A stretch of DNA of 63,727 nucleotides, counting the filler, from Dugesia japonica (Eukaryota), in the NCBI GenBank assembly GCA_001938525.1. It is 6 parts of 6 records of this genome, joined end to end, with 100 filler letters (N's around TTAATTAATTAA, not from the genome) between each part and the next. Parts side by side here need not be neighbours in the genome. Positions count along the whole stretch, not along the records: positions 34,181 to 42,727 come from MQRL01602062.1; positions 42,828 to 53,218 come from MQRL01539926.1; 4 more parts are not named here. One strand, 5' to 3'. The notes below the pieces were generated by a model. The model saw only the letters and a list, made by a program, of their open reading frames with translations, made no database searches and was not told the DNA's origin. Position 1 is the first letter of the stretch. Each line of letters opens with the position of its first letter. The position numbers and the translations under genes are program-made. Shown here piece by piece: positions 37,931 through 50,653 of the stretch.

Positions 37931-38322
37931 GTTATGTGGGTATAAAAGTCATTTTTCACGACAATAGAAAATTATGTCGAATTCAAAATTCTATGCTTTT
38001 ANNNNNNNNNNNNNNNNNNNNNNNNNNNNNNNNNNNNNNNNNNNNNNNNNNAGAAATAGGAGATGTTAAAGAAATTGAAAAAAATATTAAAAAGATGTTC
38101 AATATCATTGGAAGAAGTTGCATCACTAAAGCGACTTACATATGTAGAGGTGACAAAGATGAGAGGAAATTCGGAGACTATCAAAACAAAAATATGATGC
38201 AAACTANATTGAAGGAACATCAAATGCCACAAGTTACAAAAATAATGTNCTAGTTATGTGGGTATAAAAGTCATTTTTCACGACAATAGAAAATTATGTC
38301 GAATTCAAAATTCTATGCTTTT
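37731..38322 (+). repeat. Near-identical ~270-bp tandem duplication across an N gap
   Basis: 37731-38001 equals 38052-38322 apart from N bases. Confidence 0.9.
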
Positions 38323-38685
38323 AATGAAGAAGGTCATATTCAAAGAAATTTTCAGAAATTCAAATGTAATAATTATCATTAATCACCGTATGTGTAAAAA
38401 TGATGTTATTTCAAAACTGAATTTTACATATACCAATTGAGAAATCGATTTAATATAAGAATACAGCAAAAAATGAATGCAAATTATAAACAATACAATC
38501 TGTATACTTGTTAGGTAAATCTTCATTTGATAATTTATTTTCGAAATCAAAAGTATTATTGTTAGACATAATTTATTTCACAATTAACACAGATAACTAA
38601 TTAGATAAATATAAGTAAATAGAAAAAATTAATAATAATAATTACGTTAATCGCTTTCTATTAGCTGAAATTATTAATTTCATTA

Positions 38686-40300
38686 TATCTCCCTTCTTAT
38701 GAAACTTTCCACATTTTTCTACATTTCTTTCTAATCGCTGTTCATCTTCTCCTTTCGTGAATTTTCTCAGTTATTCGATAAGATCCTTCAAATCTGTCTT
38801 AACTTTTATTTCTTGTTTCTACTTTGATGAGTACAAAATCGNTTCCTTAGAATTCTCAATTAGTAGTCACGTCTGAAACGTTTTCTTTAGTTGTTTCTAA
38901 AATTTCTGACTCATATCACTTTTCTCTGCTGATTTTCTTTCCAAATTCGATTTCAACTGGGCTTTTTCCTGTCGTCATCTGCTTTGTTGCGTTCATTGTA
39001 AAAGATCTGCTCAATCTGTTGTCTTTCTCTCCTAAAGTGTTGCATTAATTAAATCTCGAATTGTCCTGATCTGCCTTTAATTTCTCCGTTTGTATTGTGA
39101 TAATAAGGACTCGAAAAGCAAAGTTTAATATCTAGCTTCTGGGCAAATTCTCTCACATCTCTTGATTTAAAGTTTTTTCCACAATCTTATTTCTGTTGGG
39201 CATCCAAATCTCAATACCCCCTTCTCAAAAAGAGCTTTTCCCATTGTATCCTTATCTTGTGCTATAAGAACCTGATATTTACTGAACTGGTCGATTATTC
39301 CATGAATGTATTTTTTCCGTTTACTTGTTTCCCACAATAGCTCACATATATCTATGAATATGACTTTAAACAAATTGGTAGCTTCTGACAAAATTCACAA
39401 CTACGAACTATTTCATGTATTTGGCTCCACAAATTCTTCACAAGGTATTTGTTCCTTATTATTTTCGTACACTTTTTCAACTCTTGTATGATATAATAGT
39501 TTAAGTATTTTTTATATAGTCTCATGTATTTTGTCATCCGGAATTTCTAGTTCCTCTTCTTTTTCCTTTTCAATTGTGTTCAGTATTCTTGTTTTAATCT
39601 TTCATTTCTTGGCATCTTCATGTGACATTTGAAATTGTAAACACACTTCAAATCTTAGTCTAGATAACATATCTGTATCACCATGTTGAATTCCTTTTCC
39701 ATATTTCAAAACCATGTCTAGACTACTCAGATAATTAATCTATGGTTGGAATTCTGACGTAATTGGTTTCTTTGTTGTCATCATGACTGTAAGCGCTTTA
39801 TGATCTATTCTAAGAGTAAATCTTCTATCCTACAAATAATGCTTGGAATACATGCAGAAATTAAAATCCAATATTTCCTTTCGTGTAACGCAGCACCCCT
39901 GTTCATGACTCGTCATTGAGTGTGATTCATAGGCAACAACTCTTTCTCTTCCTTCTTTATCTCTCTATGACAATATTGATACAATATTGATGTAATTTTA
40001 TCAAAACTGGCATCTGTATCTAAAATAAATTCTTTGTTTATGTCTGAAAAACACAATTTTGACGCAGACATTAGAGCTTTCTTCAGATCCTTAAAAGTAT
40101 TGCTTATTTCAACTGCTCATTCTAATTTCTTGCTGCTTAGTCCACTACACAACTGTTCTAAGATCCTTGATTTTCTTGCCTAGTTTTCTATAAACCTCCT
40201 GTAGTAATTTCAAATTCCTAAGAAACTTCATAACTTCTTCACGCAGTTAGGTTTGCTAAATTTTTGGATTGCTTCCATTTAAGTCGGATCAGTTCTAAAC
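38686..40300 (-). pseudogene. Gypsy pol (RT end, RNase H, integrase) with polypurine tract
   Basis: FILDTDAS, RVVAYESH..VTRKEIL, FTLRIDHKAL, GIIDQFSKY, GCPTEI and FSSPYYHNTNG. PPT-like AAGAAGGGAGA at ~38688-38698. Confidence 0.9.
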
Positions 40301-40306
40301 CATTCC

Positions 40307-41010
40307 TGTGTTGGGGTGAAACACCTGGTACGAAGAATAAAAATGGCGGTAGGTAAAGCTGAAAGTGAAAAGATAGTCACCAAATAAAGAAACAAAGAAT
40401 CTAAACAAAGGAAGGTCACAATTCATTGAAGAAAAGAAATAGTTAAAAGAAAAACCAAGGTTGGTAGTCAAAACCAACGTAATAACCAGAAAAATCTAAA
40501 GAAACAACTAATAAATAGGAAAGCCAAAAGGAAGAAAAGAAGTAATAGAAGCTATCAGCCAGATAAAGAAAATAATGGATAACAATTAGTTCATTAAGCA
40601 AAACTAAGAAACCATATTGAACTAATAATTGGAGAAGAAGAAAATAAATTAATGGAATCAATTAAATTAATTAATGAAAGAAAAAACGACGAACGAAAAT
40701 TAAATTTAGATCAGAAAAACAAAGAAATGAACATGTAATTAAAATTTTGAAGAAAATAAAATAAAATAATTTATTTATTTAAATAAAATAAATCATATGA
40801 ATTAGATGATTTATTTTGGAGCAGAAAATAAATTATTTGTCAAAAATAAGAAAGATGAAGGTTTCTGTTGGAGTTAAAATTAGCAAATAAGAAAATTATG
40901 GACTAGGAAAAATTGGGGAATTCAAAAATGCTAATTAGAAAATCATAACAAGATCCAGAAAGAAGTTTTAAGGGGTTGAAGATTGACCAATAATTTTGAA
41001 ATCCTAAAAT
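40307..41010 (+). repeat. Possible LTR-like insertion interrupting the Gypsy pol
   Basis: Pol similarity stops abruptly at TGTGTTGGGGTGAAACACC; A-rich non-coding sequence follows. Confidence 0.4.
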
Positions 41011-41374
41011 AACCACCAATAAAAGAACTCATGTGACGTTCAAGCCAATAGAAACGTCAGAAAAATCATACAATTCCAAATGACTAATAAAAAGNNNNNN
41101 NNNNNNNNNNNNNNNNNNNNNNNNNNNNNNNNNNNNNNNNNNNNACACCATTAACCAATATAGCTTGAGTAGTTCTAAAAATTTAGCGAGTATTACGAAA
41201 TATGAACCCAAACCAAAGTTATGCGAGTCTGTACTCGGATTCCGAGCCAACGGCTCCATTCCGAAGTTCTGGATTTTTTTGGTACGCCAGATTAAATTCT
41301 TCGAGGGGTTTTATTAGGCCGACTATCCTAGACTTGTCATCTCACCTAGATAAAACCCTAACACCTGTTAATTA

Positions 41375-41560
41375 TATGTCCAAGAAATTTAGTTTTGCTT
41401 TGTAGAAACTAGCACTTTTCTGGAAGTTTTCTTAAACCAACTTTCATTATTTCCACCAATACTCAGTCAATTACTTCATGGTGTTAATCTTTATTGTTCG
41501 TAAATATCGGAATGTCATCAAGATAAACCATGGCTCCATTGATTCCACCTACCACTTTTG
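41375..41560 (-). pseudogene. Gypsy RT fragment
   Basis: VVGINGAMVYLDDIPIFT followed by decayed EKC..FLGH-like residues. Confidence 0.8.
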
Positions 41561-42269
41561 CAAAAAAATTAAAAAAAATAAACAAAAAACGATTCTAGCA
41601 GAAGTGTTTTGGGTTTTAAGATAAACAAAACATAATCGCATGTAAAGGATGAAATGTAATTAAAAAATAAATGATTCAAGGAAATAAAAAATCAGTTGCC
41701 AATCAATCGACTAGTCGAACATTTGACGTTGTTGACAAGGTATTGATAAAAAATAGAATCGACATAAATATGAAGAAATTATAATGCACCGTATAAGTCG
41801 ACAAAAAGTATGCATGAACGAAATTATGAAATAACAGATATGAAAGGTAGAAAATTAATAAGAAATGTTGAAAGTTCAGGAATTTTATAGAATGGGTAAA
41901 TTAGGGATATAATTGATTATATGTTATTATTTTTTAATAAATATTTGAAATTAGTTTGTTTTTCAACCTAATCCTTGAGTTTAACAAAACAAATAACAAG
42001 GAACATGAATTAATCCAAGTAGTTAAATAAATTAAAAGAATAATACTAAAAAATAACAAAATAAATAAAAGTAAGAATAATAAATTTATTTACAAATAAT
42101 AATATTTTTAAGAAACTAATAATAGAATAATATTTATAGTAATTTAAAAATTTATACAAAAGAAATAATAACAACTAAAAAATTATTAAGAAATATAAGA
42201 AAAACAACATTTCGATCGAAGCTTTTAATTTAATGGAAAAAAATTAATACAAAACAAATAAATTATTAA

Positions 42270-42640
42270 TCAGCTTCAAGAGGTNTAAGGCGAAGAAGCC
42301 CCATCTAAGGCGACGATTTATAACTGGATCTGAGAAGTTTCATCTGGTTGAATGCAACCAAAAGTGAAAGCCCTGTCCAAATTAGTAAAGAAATTACTAA
42401 AAAATTGAAAGATATTAAGACAAATGAATGCAGCTATCTAAGAGGTTTAATGTATGTAAGAAAACTGTCCAGCTGCTTCTAGAGCAAATGGAAATTCGGA
42501 AGTTGTTTAGAAAGTTCTTGCTGAGATTTTTAACAGCTGAGACGAAGATTAGACGAAAAATGGCCTGTGAAAAAATTCTTTGTCTTCTGGATACAGTCTG
42601 ACCAAGGTTTTGGTCTAATATAATAACTACAGACAATACC
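42270..42640 (+). pseudogene. mariner transposase N-terminal fragment
   Basis: EEAPSKATIYNW, LLEQMEIRKLFRKFLLRFLT...R...C and FWSNIITTD (first catalytic Asp). Confidence 0.72.
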
Positions 42641-44114
42641 CCATTAAGTTTGTTAGATGAGTTTGGAGAACTCATCTGATCATTAATATCAAAACTCGAT
42701 TCCATACCAAAATTTATTCTCAAAAAANNNNNNNNNNNNNNNNNNNNNNNNNNNNNNNNNNNNNNNNNNNNTTAATTAATTAANNNNNNNNNNNNNNNNN
42801 NNNNNNNNNNNNNNNNNNNNNNNNNNNATATCAAAATTCGAATTCATTACAACACTTTATTGAAAATCAAAACTATAACCAACAATATTTATTAAACAAA
42901 CAAATCAAAATCCCGTGTTTTCATTGGTGATCATTTTTCAAAATCTCAAACTGTAATTTATTTATTTAAAATTGAACTTAATTTATTTCAAACATTTTAT
43001 TTATTTATTTAAAATTTAAGGCAATTTCTTTCACCTTGAAAATTTTATNNNNNNNNNNNNNNNNNNNNNNNNNNNNNNNNNNNNNNNNNNNNNNNNNNNN
43101 NNNNNNNNNNNNNNNNNNNNNNNNNNNNNNNNNNNNNNNNNNNNNNNNNNNNNNNNNNNNNNNNNNNNNNNNNNNNNNNNNNNNNNNNNNNNNNNNNNNN
43201 NNNNNNNNNNNNNNNNNNNNNNNNNNNNNNNNNNNNNNNNNNNNNNNNNNNNNNNNNNNNNNNNNNNNNNNNNNNNNNNNNNNNNNNNNNNNNNNNNNNN
43301 NNNNGTTTACTGAAAAGTTTTAATTTATCATTTAAAATAAATTTTTGTTATTTAAGTTCTTTATCAAAACTTTAAATCTTTCTTTTAAACAAAAGATTTT
43401 AAAAATATGATCACCAATCACACAAAAAATTTAACTTGCTTTTAATAATCAAAATAGTTGATATAAAATTACAGTTATAAAAATTCTAACTTCACTGCGT
43501 AAGTTTCCTTATTTTAAATCCAAATTTACTGTTTTTTTTAAACTTTCCAAAAATGATGTTTTATGTTTCTTATATTTAAATCTGTCACAATCTTTTTTTT
43601 AAAATTTCAATACTAAAACAATTCAATTTTAATATCATCAATTTTTAAATTCTTCCTCACATTTATAATTATTTATTATTTATTTGTAGGTATAAAGAAG
43701 TGATAGAAAACCTAACGTTAGATCTAAATCAGATCTCGAACGATTTAACAAATACAAAAGAACAACTTGCATTATCAAATGAAGAAAATTCGTCAATCAA
43801 GAATAATCTCATAAAAATTCAAGAACAATTTGAAAGCTTTTTGAAAATGCATTTCAAACTTTCACATAATCAACCGATTTATTTATTACCGACTCCGAAT
43901 TTAATCTTGGAATGTTTAAATAACAAAAAATTAGAAAATTGTAAAAGTATTGTACAACTGGTAAATAGACCTTGATGAAATGATAAACATAATATTCTGA
44001 GATGATGGAAATACTTTGACATTAAATAAATATTACCATTATTGTTTGTTGTTCATAACAAGTTTGAAAACAAAAATCATTTCTTTTATTTTTACAATTA
44101 AACGTCTAAAAATA

Positions 44115-44310
44115 CCGTATTTTACGGTGTATAAGTCGCTACTTCTTTACTATTTAGAGACAAGTTCAACTAATACAAAGCAGCGGCTTATATGCTAAAT
44201 TTTTATCTATTTTATCATTAATTTTTTTGAGTAATAAAAAATTCAGTTTTTATCTTGTTTATATTTCTGCAAAATTTAAGTAGGTCCGACTTATAACCGC
44301 GAGAATACGG
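44115..44310. mobile_element. pogo/Tc2-type MITE
   Basis: TA|CCGTATTTTACGGTGTATAAGTCG...CGACTTATAACCGCGAGAATACGG|TA. Confidence 0.85.
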
Positions 44311-45392
44311 TAATTGAAAAGTTAATAACAAAACATTTAAAATGGGATTTTTCGATTATTAATGACATCATGTATTTTTAAGGGAAAAGTTTAGTGGGAA
44401 TTCTTGATTTCTATTTTAAGCTTTATAAATTTATACGCTAGTTAATTTCTCTAAAGAATTCATTTAATTTCGTCGATCAATAATCCAAAAAAACAGCCTC
44501 TTACATTTAAAGACTTTAAAACAATTCTCCACAAAGATGTAATCTTCTAATAATATAAATAAATTAAAATATTATTTTTGTTTTGATTTCATTTTATTCT
44601 CATTCCGAGTGTATATTGGTTTTTTAATTTTTATTTTATATTTAAATGTATAGTTGTCCATTTTCCACTTTAAATTAATTACTCCCGATGGGAAATTCTT
44701 TAGTCTCAATTTGAAAACTTTTATTCCCAATTTTAAGTTGAAAGGTAAAGGATTGTCCATTGATCTCAGCTTTCAATATGAGCTGTTATTTTAAATTAGA
44801 TATCGATATAAAATTTTAAAAAATTGTTTTTCTGTATTTTCAAGACAAAATTACCAAAATGTTATTTTTAGATGAATTTTTAGTACTCGTCGGATCATCA
44901 ACATCAAAATTTAACTCCATAGTGAAATTCATTTCAAAGAAAACTATAACATCATTATTTGTTTATTCAAACAAATTAAAATCCCGTGTTTTAATTGGTA
45001 ATCATTTTTTAAATTATTTTAAATTCATTTTAAGTTATTTTTAAAAAATTTACTGTATTCTTCAATAGTCATTTAAAAATTTTAAAACCACATTTTCGTT
45101 TATTAAAAATTTTAATTTTTAATTAATTGTCATTAAAATTTAAAACTAAATTTTCGTTTATTCAAAATCTTAATTTTTAATTAAATGTCGTTAAAATTTA
45201 AAACTAAATATTCGTTATTAAAAATTTTCATCTATAATTTAAATCGTTTTTTAAATAAAAGATATTCTAAAAAAATGATTACGAATCTCACAAAAATTTC
45301 AACCCGCTTTTTAAAACACACTTACACTTATATTTTTTAATCTATCATAGGATCACTACTTTTTTGACTAAACGATAAGAAATAAATTTAAT

Positions 45393-45612
45393 CAGTGTTT
45401 GTTAACCTTTTTGTTAGAGAAACCTTTTATAATTGTTGGGAGTCGCGAACCACCTCTTCCATTATGTAAAACGAAAAAAAGAAAACGCAAAGATATCAAT
45501 TATTACAAAATATTCGATTTTATTATGTTTTTTAAATTTACGAATTAAATTTTAAATTGAAGTCGAAGAACCCCATAAAAATCACTGATGAACGACAGGT
45601 TAAGAAACCCTG
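45393..45612. mobile_element. hAT-type MITE
   Basis: CAGTGTTTGTTAACCT...AGGTTAAGAAACCCTG; the TSD is poorly preserved. A related lone end is at 46625. Confidence 0.65.
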
Positions 45613-46836
45613 ACACAAATGAATAAATAGCAAATCTTAACAAGATAAACAAATANNNNNNNNNNNNNNNNNNNNNNNNNNNNNNNNNNNNNNNNNNNNN
45701 NNNNNNNNNNNNNNNNNNNNNNNNNNNNNNNATTGAAATACATTAAATGTTTGTCTTGAAGAGATCTGTCTATTGATAATCATGGAGAGGTCAAACGTTG
45801 ATGAGAAATTCTTATCTTTTGTATCCTTTTAATGATACTTGTATAAAAAATGTATGAAGCATCAATTATTCAGTGAACCGTTAAAGATGTTCAATGAATT
45901 ATGCCATTAATATTTATTGATAAAAACTGAATATTCCAACGAACATAAAACACCAAACTCACGGCGAGTAGAACGAAACAACGATTGATTGTTTGTAACT
46001 TCATATTAATATTAGATTAAAAATTACCAATTTTTTATTATTAACTACATCGTCAATATCTATATAATTTTAAATCGATTTTATTATTGGTTAATTATCT
46101 ATAAATTTAGCATTGTTATTTAGCATGGATATTTTCAGTTATTTAAACAACTAATAAATTTCTAAAATAATTAAGTTAAATTTTTTTTAAAAAATCAACA
46201 CTATTTCAAAAATAATTATATCCCATAATTTACTTTTATAAATTAAAATACAATTTGTACAATAATAATTAAAGTATAAAAATTTTTTTTAATTTTCAAA
46301 TTAAAAAATATATCAATAAATATTATTTTTTGGTAATTAAATTAGTCGACTTATTTTTCATTAATTTTTGCCTTTTTCAAATAGAAGTTAAAGATCGATG
46401 CAAAAAATTAATTAAAGATTGCTCAGTGATTTAATTAAGTCTCAATGAAAATGTGGAACAAATTAAAAAAATATCTTGGGGAAATTTTAAAAAATTTAAA
46501 GTAATACTAAATGAGTAATTGATGTTAAATGTTTGAAGAAATTGAAAAAAAAATCGACATGAAATATTTTAAAAAATATCTATATAAAAGTAACTAAATA
46601 AATTAAACCAAAAATCATTTTAATCAGTGTTTCCTAACCTGTATGCTTCATGAAAGTAGGACATCTGAGCATTAATATAACTTCTACCTTCCTTTTTTTA
46701 CCGATATTAAGTAAAAAATTGCAAACTTTTTTTGTTCACAGTTTATTCACTCCACCTTATAAGTGTGGGTGTCAGAAACTAATCGATTTTATTGGTGGGT
46801 TTAATAAAGGATTTATTTAAGGGATTTAAAAAAGTC

Positions 46837-46871
46837 AATTCCTGACGAAGACAAAGTCGAAATATCGAATT
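46837..46871 (+). ncRNA. Minimal type I hammerhead ribozyme in a Penelope-like pseudo-LTR
   Basis: AATTC-CTGACGA-A-GAC-AAA-GTC-GAAA-TATC-GAATT. Stem I is AATTC/GAATT, stem II is GAC/GTC, and stem III is the palindrome ATAT. Predicted cleavage is after C46866. Confidence 0.8.
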
Positions 46872-47851
46872 TTTATCAAATAACAAAAAAAAATTTTTGA
46901 TCGAAGCTTTTATTTTAAATGAATTTAGAAAAACTATCAATGGTTACGTCCAACAATTATTCTCGCAATAATTGCAATTATGAAATCAATTTTAATATTA
47001 AAATTTCAAAAAATTAGTTAATTAAAACAAGAATGGTCTTTTTCGTTGATTTTCCGTGAAAAAATAAAATTTCCGAGTAGTTACGAAACATATTGCGAAA
47101 TTAATATTATCGCGAATTTCATAGCCCTTACGTAACCTTTTGCGTAATCATGTATGTATAACGTCGCAATGGTTCACTGATTACCTAATAAATTGTAAGA
47201 AAATTCGTCCAACTCTACGTTAATTGCGTCTATGGGGGGGTGGTGCGGTGCGCCACTATCCTGCTACTTCTTTCTTCCATGTTAAATGTTACCAACTTTG
47301 GATAAATGCAGATTTCTTTAAAAATATTTCTTTATATATAGTTCTTGTTAACAACATTAAATGTTTAAGTGTGTTAACGTTTAATATTTTAATGAATATT
47401 TTATTAATTTCAATTAAATAAAGTATTTATATATAAAGACCATTAGATTAATAAGACAAAATTTTCAAACACACCAAAATATAACACAATCGATAACGAA
47501 TAAATTAGAAAATCTCGAGATAACTTGAAATTAATTTTCTGAAAGTATTTGAAGTAAAAAGTAAAGTTTTGATTTTGGATTAATGCGAATTATCATGACT
47601 AATCACCTATCAAGGGCTAATCACCTTTAAGTTATGTAATTTCCGTAAAGAAATGGTGGATGTATTATAAATTATAGAAATTTTAAATTAATAATCAATT
47701 ATGAAGATAATTTGTAGCCGACAAGCATGTATTTATTATTATCCAATCAGAAAATCAACTAATCATAATTTCAGATAGATTCAGACTAGAAGTTTGTATA
47801 AAATCCTAATTTAATTGAGATTGAAATTACTAAACTATAAACTTTGTAAAA

Positions 47852-48985
47852 ATGAATAATTTAGGAGAATTAAAAGCAAATTACAGTCATATTGATACTC
47901 CGTACGACATGGTTTATTCTTGCAGTTTGTTAAAGGATGCAAATTCAACCGGAAATTTAATGACATGCTATTTAAGTAAGGTTTTAGGTATTACTTCGGC
48001 ATATATTTTCCCAGTCTTTGCCAGTTTCGGTTTAATTAGTAATTTATTGATTTTCTATATATTTTTTATTAAATATTCTAAAAAAACTCGACAAACGGTC
48101 TTACTTTCATTTTTAGCTATCGCAGATTTTTCCTTTATTTTATCTTTCGGTTGGTTATGGGTTTTTCCAGCTAAAGGTTTACCATTTGCCAGTGACGGGG
48201 CAATATATTTATTTTTAATAAATACAAATGACTTTTCTTGTAGATTATTTAGAGGTTTTTATACAGTTTGTTCAACATGGACTTACGGTGCATTTCTAAC
48301 TATATGTTTTGATAGAATGTTGGCTATTTATTTCCCAATGAAAATGATAAATTTCGGCTATAAATCAGCAATAATCGGATCGTTTTCTATGTTGATAATT
48401 TGTTGTTTAGTAACATGTCTTTATACGGCATTTGTAAGATCAATAAAAATCGGATCGAAAATATTTTGTACAGCTATGTCAGGTTATAATTCATCGCTTT
48501 TAGATTTTTTGAAAATCTACCGAATATTATTTGTATATTCTGGAATTGTTCCATTAGGAATGATTCTATTACTAAACATGTCATTGTTATGGAAAATCAT
48601 TGAACAACAAAGTAAAATGAAAAAACTCAGTGAGTCTGTATCGAAAAATACGAAAAAAGAAATCAAAGCAACAATTATTGTTTTATTATTAACAATTTTC
48701 TTTCTCATTGGTAGTGTACCACTAATTGCGTTGGATTTTCTTATTATTTCAACGCAAAATGTTAATGATGGATCGAAAGAGATACTCGATCAGTTGCAAA
48801 TCTTCTACAATTTAATTGATACTGGAGCTCATTTGACGTTTTTGATGGAATCGATAAATATTTTTATTTACTACACAAAAATGAAACGATTCAGAATGGA
48901 ATGTCTAAAGCTTATTGGAATAAAATTCAAAAACACTCAAAACCAACGAACATATCAAGAAAATATTTCAACCAACCAATTATAA
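47852..48985 (+). CDS. Intronless rhodopsin-class orphan GPCR, platyhelminth PROF1-like, 377 aa
   Basis: Seven hydrophobic segments with TM1 G..SN, TM2 LAIAD, WVFPAKGLPFASDG, a Cys before TM3, FDRMLAIYFP (DRY variant), ECL2 FC and TM7 NIFIY. The ORF is intact. Confidence 0.92.
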   Translation: MNNLGELKANYSHIDTPYDMVYSCSLLKDANSTGNLMTCYLSKVLGITSAYIFPVFASFGLISNLLIFYIFFIKYSKKTRQTVLLSFLAIADFSFILSFGWLWVFPAKGLPFASDGAIYLFLINTNDFSCRLFRGFYTVCSTWTYGAFLTICFDRMLAIYFPMKMINFGYKSAIIGSFSMLIICCLVTCLYTAFVRSIKIGSKIFCTAMSGYNSSLLDFLKIYRILFVYSGIVPLGMILLLNMSLLWKIIEQQSKMKKLSESVSKNTKKEIKATIIVLLLTIFFLIGSVPLIALDFLIISTQNVNDGSKEILDQLQIFYNLIDTGAHLTFLMESINIFIYYTKMKRFRMECLKLIGIKFKNTQNQRTYQENISTNQL

Positions 48986-49211
48986 TTCTTCATAACACCT
49001 TTTCATTATGACCTGCACCATTCCTAGTGCGGAATGTTTACAGTTGCATCGCAAATAAATTGATTTATAGTTTTCCTTCGTTATATATAATAAGAATATA
49101 ATTAAATATAATAATAATAATTATTATAATAATAATTATTATTATAATTATAATAATATAAGATAGTAATAATAATAATATAATATAACAACAGTATTTA
49201 AATACGTTTTT

Positions 49212-49468
49212 AATAAAAGTTTTATTTAAAAAAAATTTAACAAGGAAAGATCACAGTTGCTGTTCTTCTATTTTCAATATTTTTGCATAGTCTTCTCAAT
49301 TAAAAACAATTAAAAATCAATAAAAATTGATTTTACTAATTGATTTGTAATAAAAATTTACTGAACAACAGTTTCTGAATAAGGCTATTCTAAAATATTG
49401 GAAATGAAAGAACAGTAATTTTTATCTTTGCTTGTTAAAAGTTTGTTTAAATGAAATTTTTTTGTTAT
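49212..49468. repeat. Degenerate fold-back element (~70-bp inverted arms)
   Basis: TTTAACAAGGAAAGAT...CTGTTCTTCTATTTTCAATATTTT versus AAAATATTGGAAATGAAAGAACAG...ATCTTTGCTTGTTAAA. Confidence 0.65.
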
Positions 49469-49545
49469 AAACTTTATTGACAGATCAATGGTTAAAAAAT
49501 ACTTTTTAAGTTTAAAACAAATTTTAAAAATAGATTTAAGAATAA

Positions 49546-49700
49546 TCTATATAAATAAAATCTAAATGTTCGTTTCTTTAAAATCGATAAACTCAGAAAG
49601 GTTTTCACCGACTGCCTTGTAATTTCGAAATTTTTTAGCATTGATGAACAAATAATTCGGTATTATGGCCATTGTGAGATGATTACCCAATCAGTGCTAG
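49546..49700 (+). mobile_element. Short non-autonomous Helitron-like element
   Basis: A|TCTATATAAATAAAA...CTAG|T ends; the subterminal hairpin is decayed. Confidence 0.55.
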
Positions 49701-49759
49701 TATAAATAAATTATGTTTGATTGTATATGTGTGTGTTTATTTATTTTTTGTAGTCCCTT

Positions 49760-50000
49760 ATTATAATTTCATAGATTTCTCCAAGACTGTTGGCTTTAAG
49801 ACAATATATAGAAGCCTGCGATGTCATATTTTTAGAAAATATATTTTAGAAACTGTATTTCGACTTCTTAACAGCCATCATTATCTCAAACAATTTATAA
49901 GAGCAAAGTCTATACGTTTTGAATTCAAGCAATGGGCAATGTGTCATAGTGCAACTGAATATTTCTACAATGTCTAATTATATTAAGGAAGATAGGAGGG
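49760..50000 (+). pseudogene. Non-LTR (LINE) RT fragment
   Basis: FIDFSK motif (cf. F.DF.KAFD) and a weak downstream QG-region remnant. Confidence 0.45.
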
Positions 50001-50653
50001 AGATTTCCAAGAAACGGGACTAGGCACATCAGTCATAATGAGAATTCGACTATATGATAGATGTTAAAAATGAGAGAATTGTTTAAATTGTTTCAAGCTG
50101 TGCAAAAATTGCAATAAGCTATATGCAGATTGTTACCACTGATGTTTAAATTTTAGTAAGCTATCAGCAAATGATGCGTAAATTGTAACCAACTATGTAA
50201 ATTTGAGACATTAGTTTGAAATTTTTTATGTCTAAATTTATTTTGATAACATAATTTTTAAAAGTTCTGTAGATTTACACAAAATATTAATAAATATATA
50301 CTAAGTCCATAACCAATTTCATTAAAAAGTATTGACCCGCGATTAAAATATAGACTAATCTTTATTAGGATTTATTAAATTTCCAATAATTGCAGTAAAG
50401 TTAATTAAATTTTATTAATTTCACCAAAGTATATCGAATATAATAGGTTTAATAGATTTATAGTATTCATTAGGGGTACTTTTTTGTATTTATTTTGTAG
50501 AGTTCTGTAGTTGTATTTACACAGTGGACCAATAGTTATAGTAAAATAATGGAAAACCATTGACCAATTTTATTGAGATTTATTAAATTTCGAAGACTAT
50601 AGCTATTGTATTTACACAGAATGCCAATGGATGAGATAAGCTAATGTTATATA

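Noticed and set aside
37731-38322. Recent tandem gene duplication
   Set aside because: Identical copies on either side of an N gap are typical of unmerged contig overlap. The ORFs there have no credible product.
49013-49037. Pseudoknot GCAC/GTGC + CATTCC/GGAATG in the GPCR 3' region
   Set aside because: Stems are short with a zero-length loop 1, which is compatible with chance.
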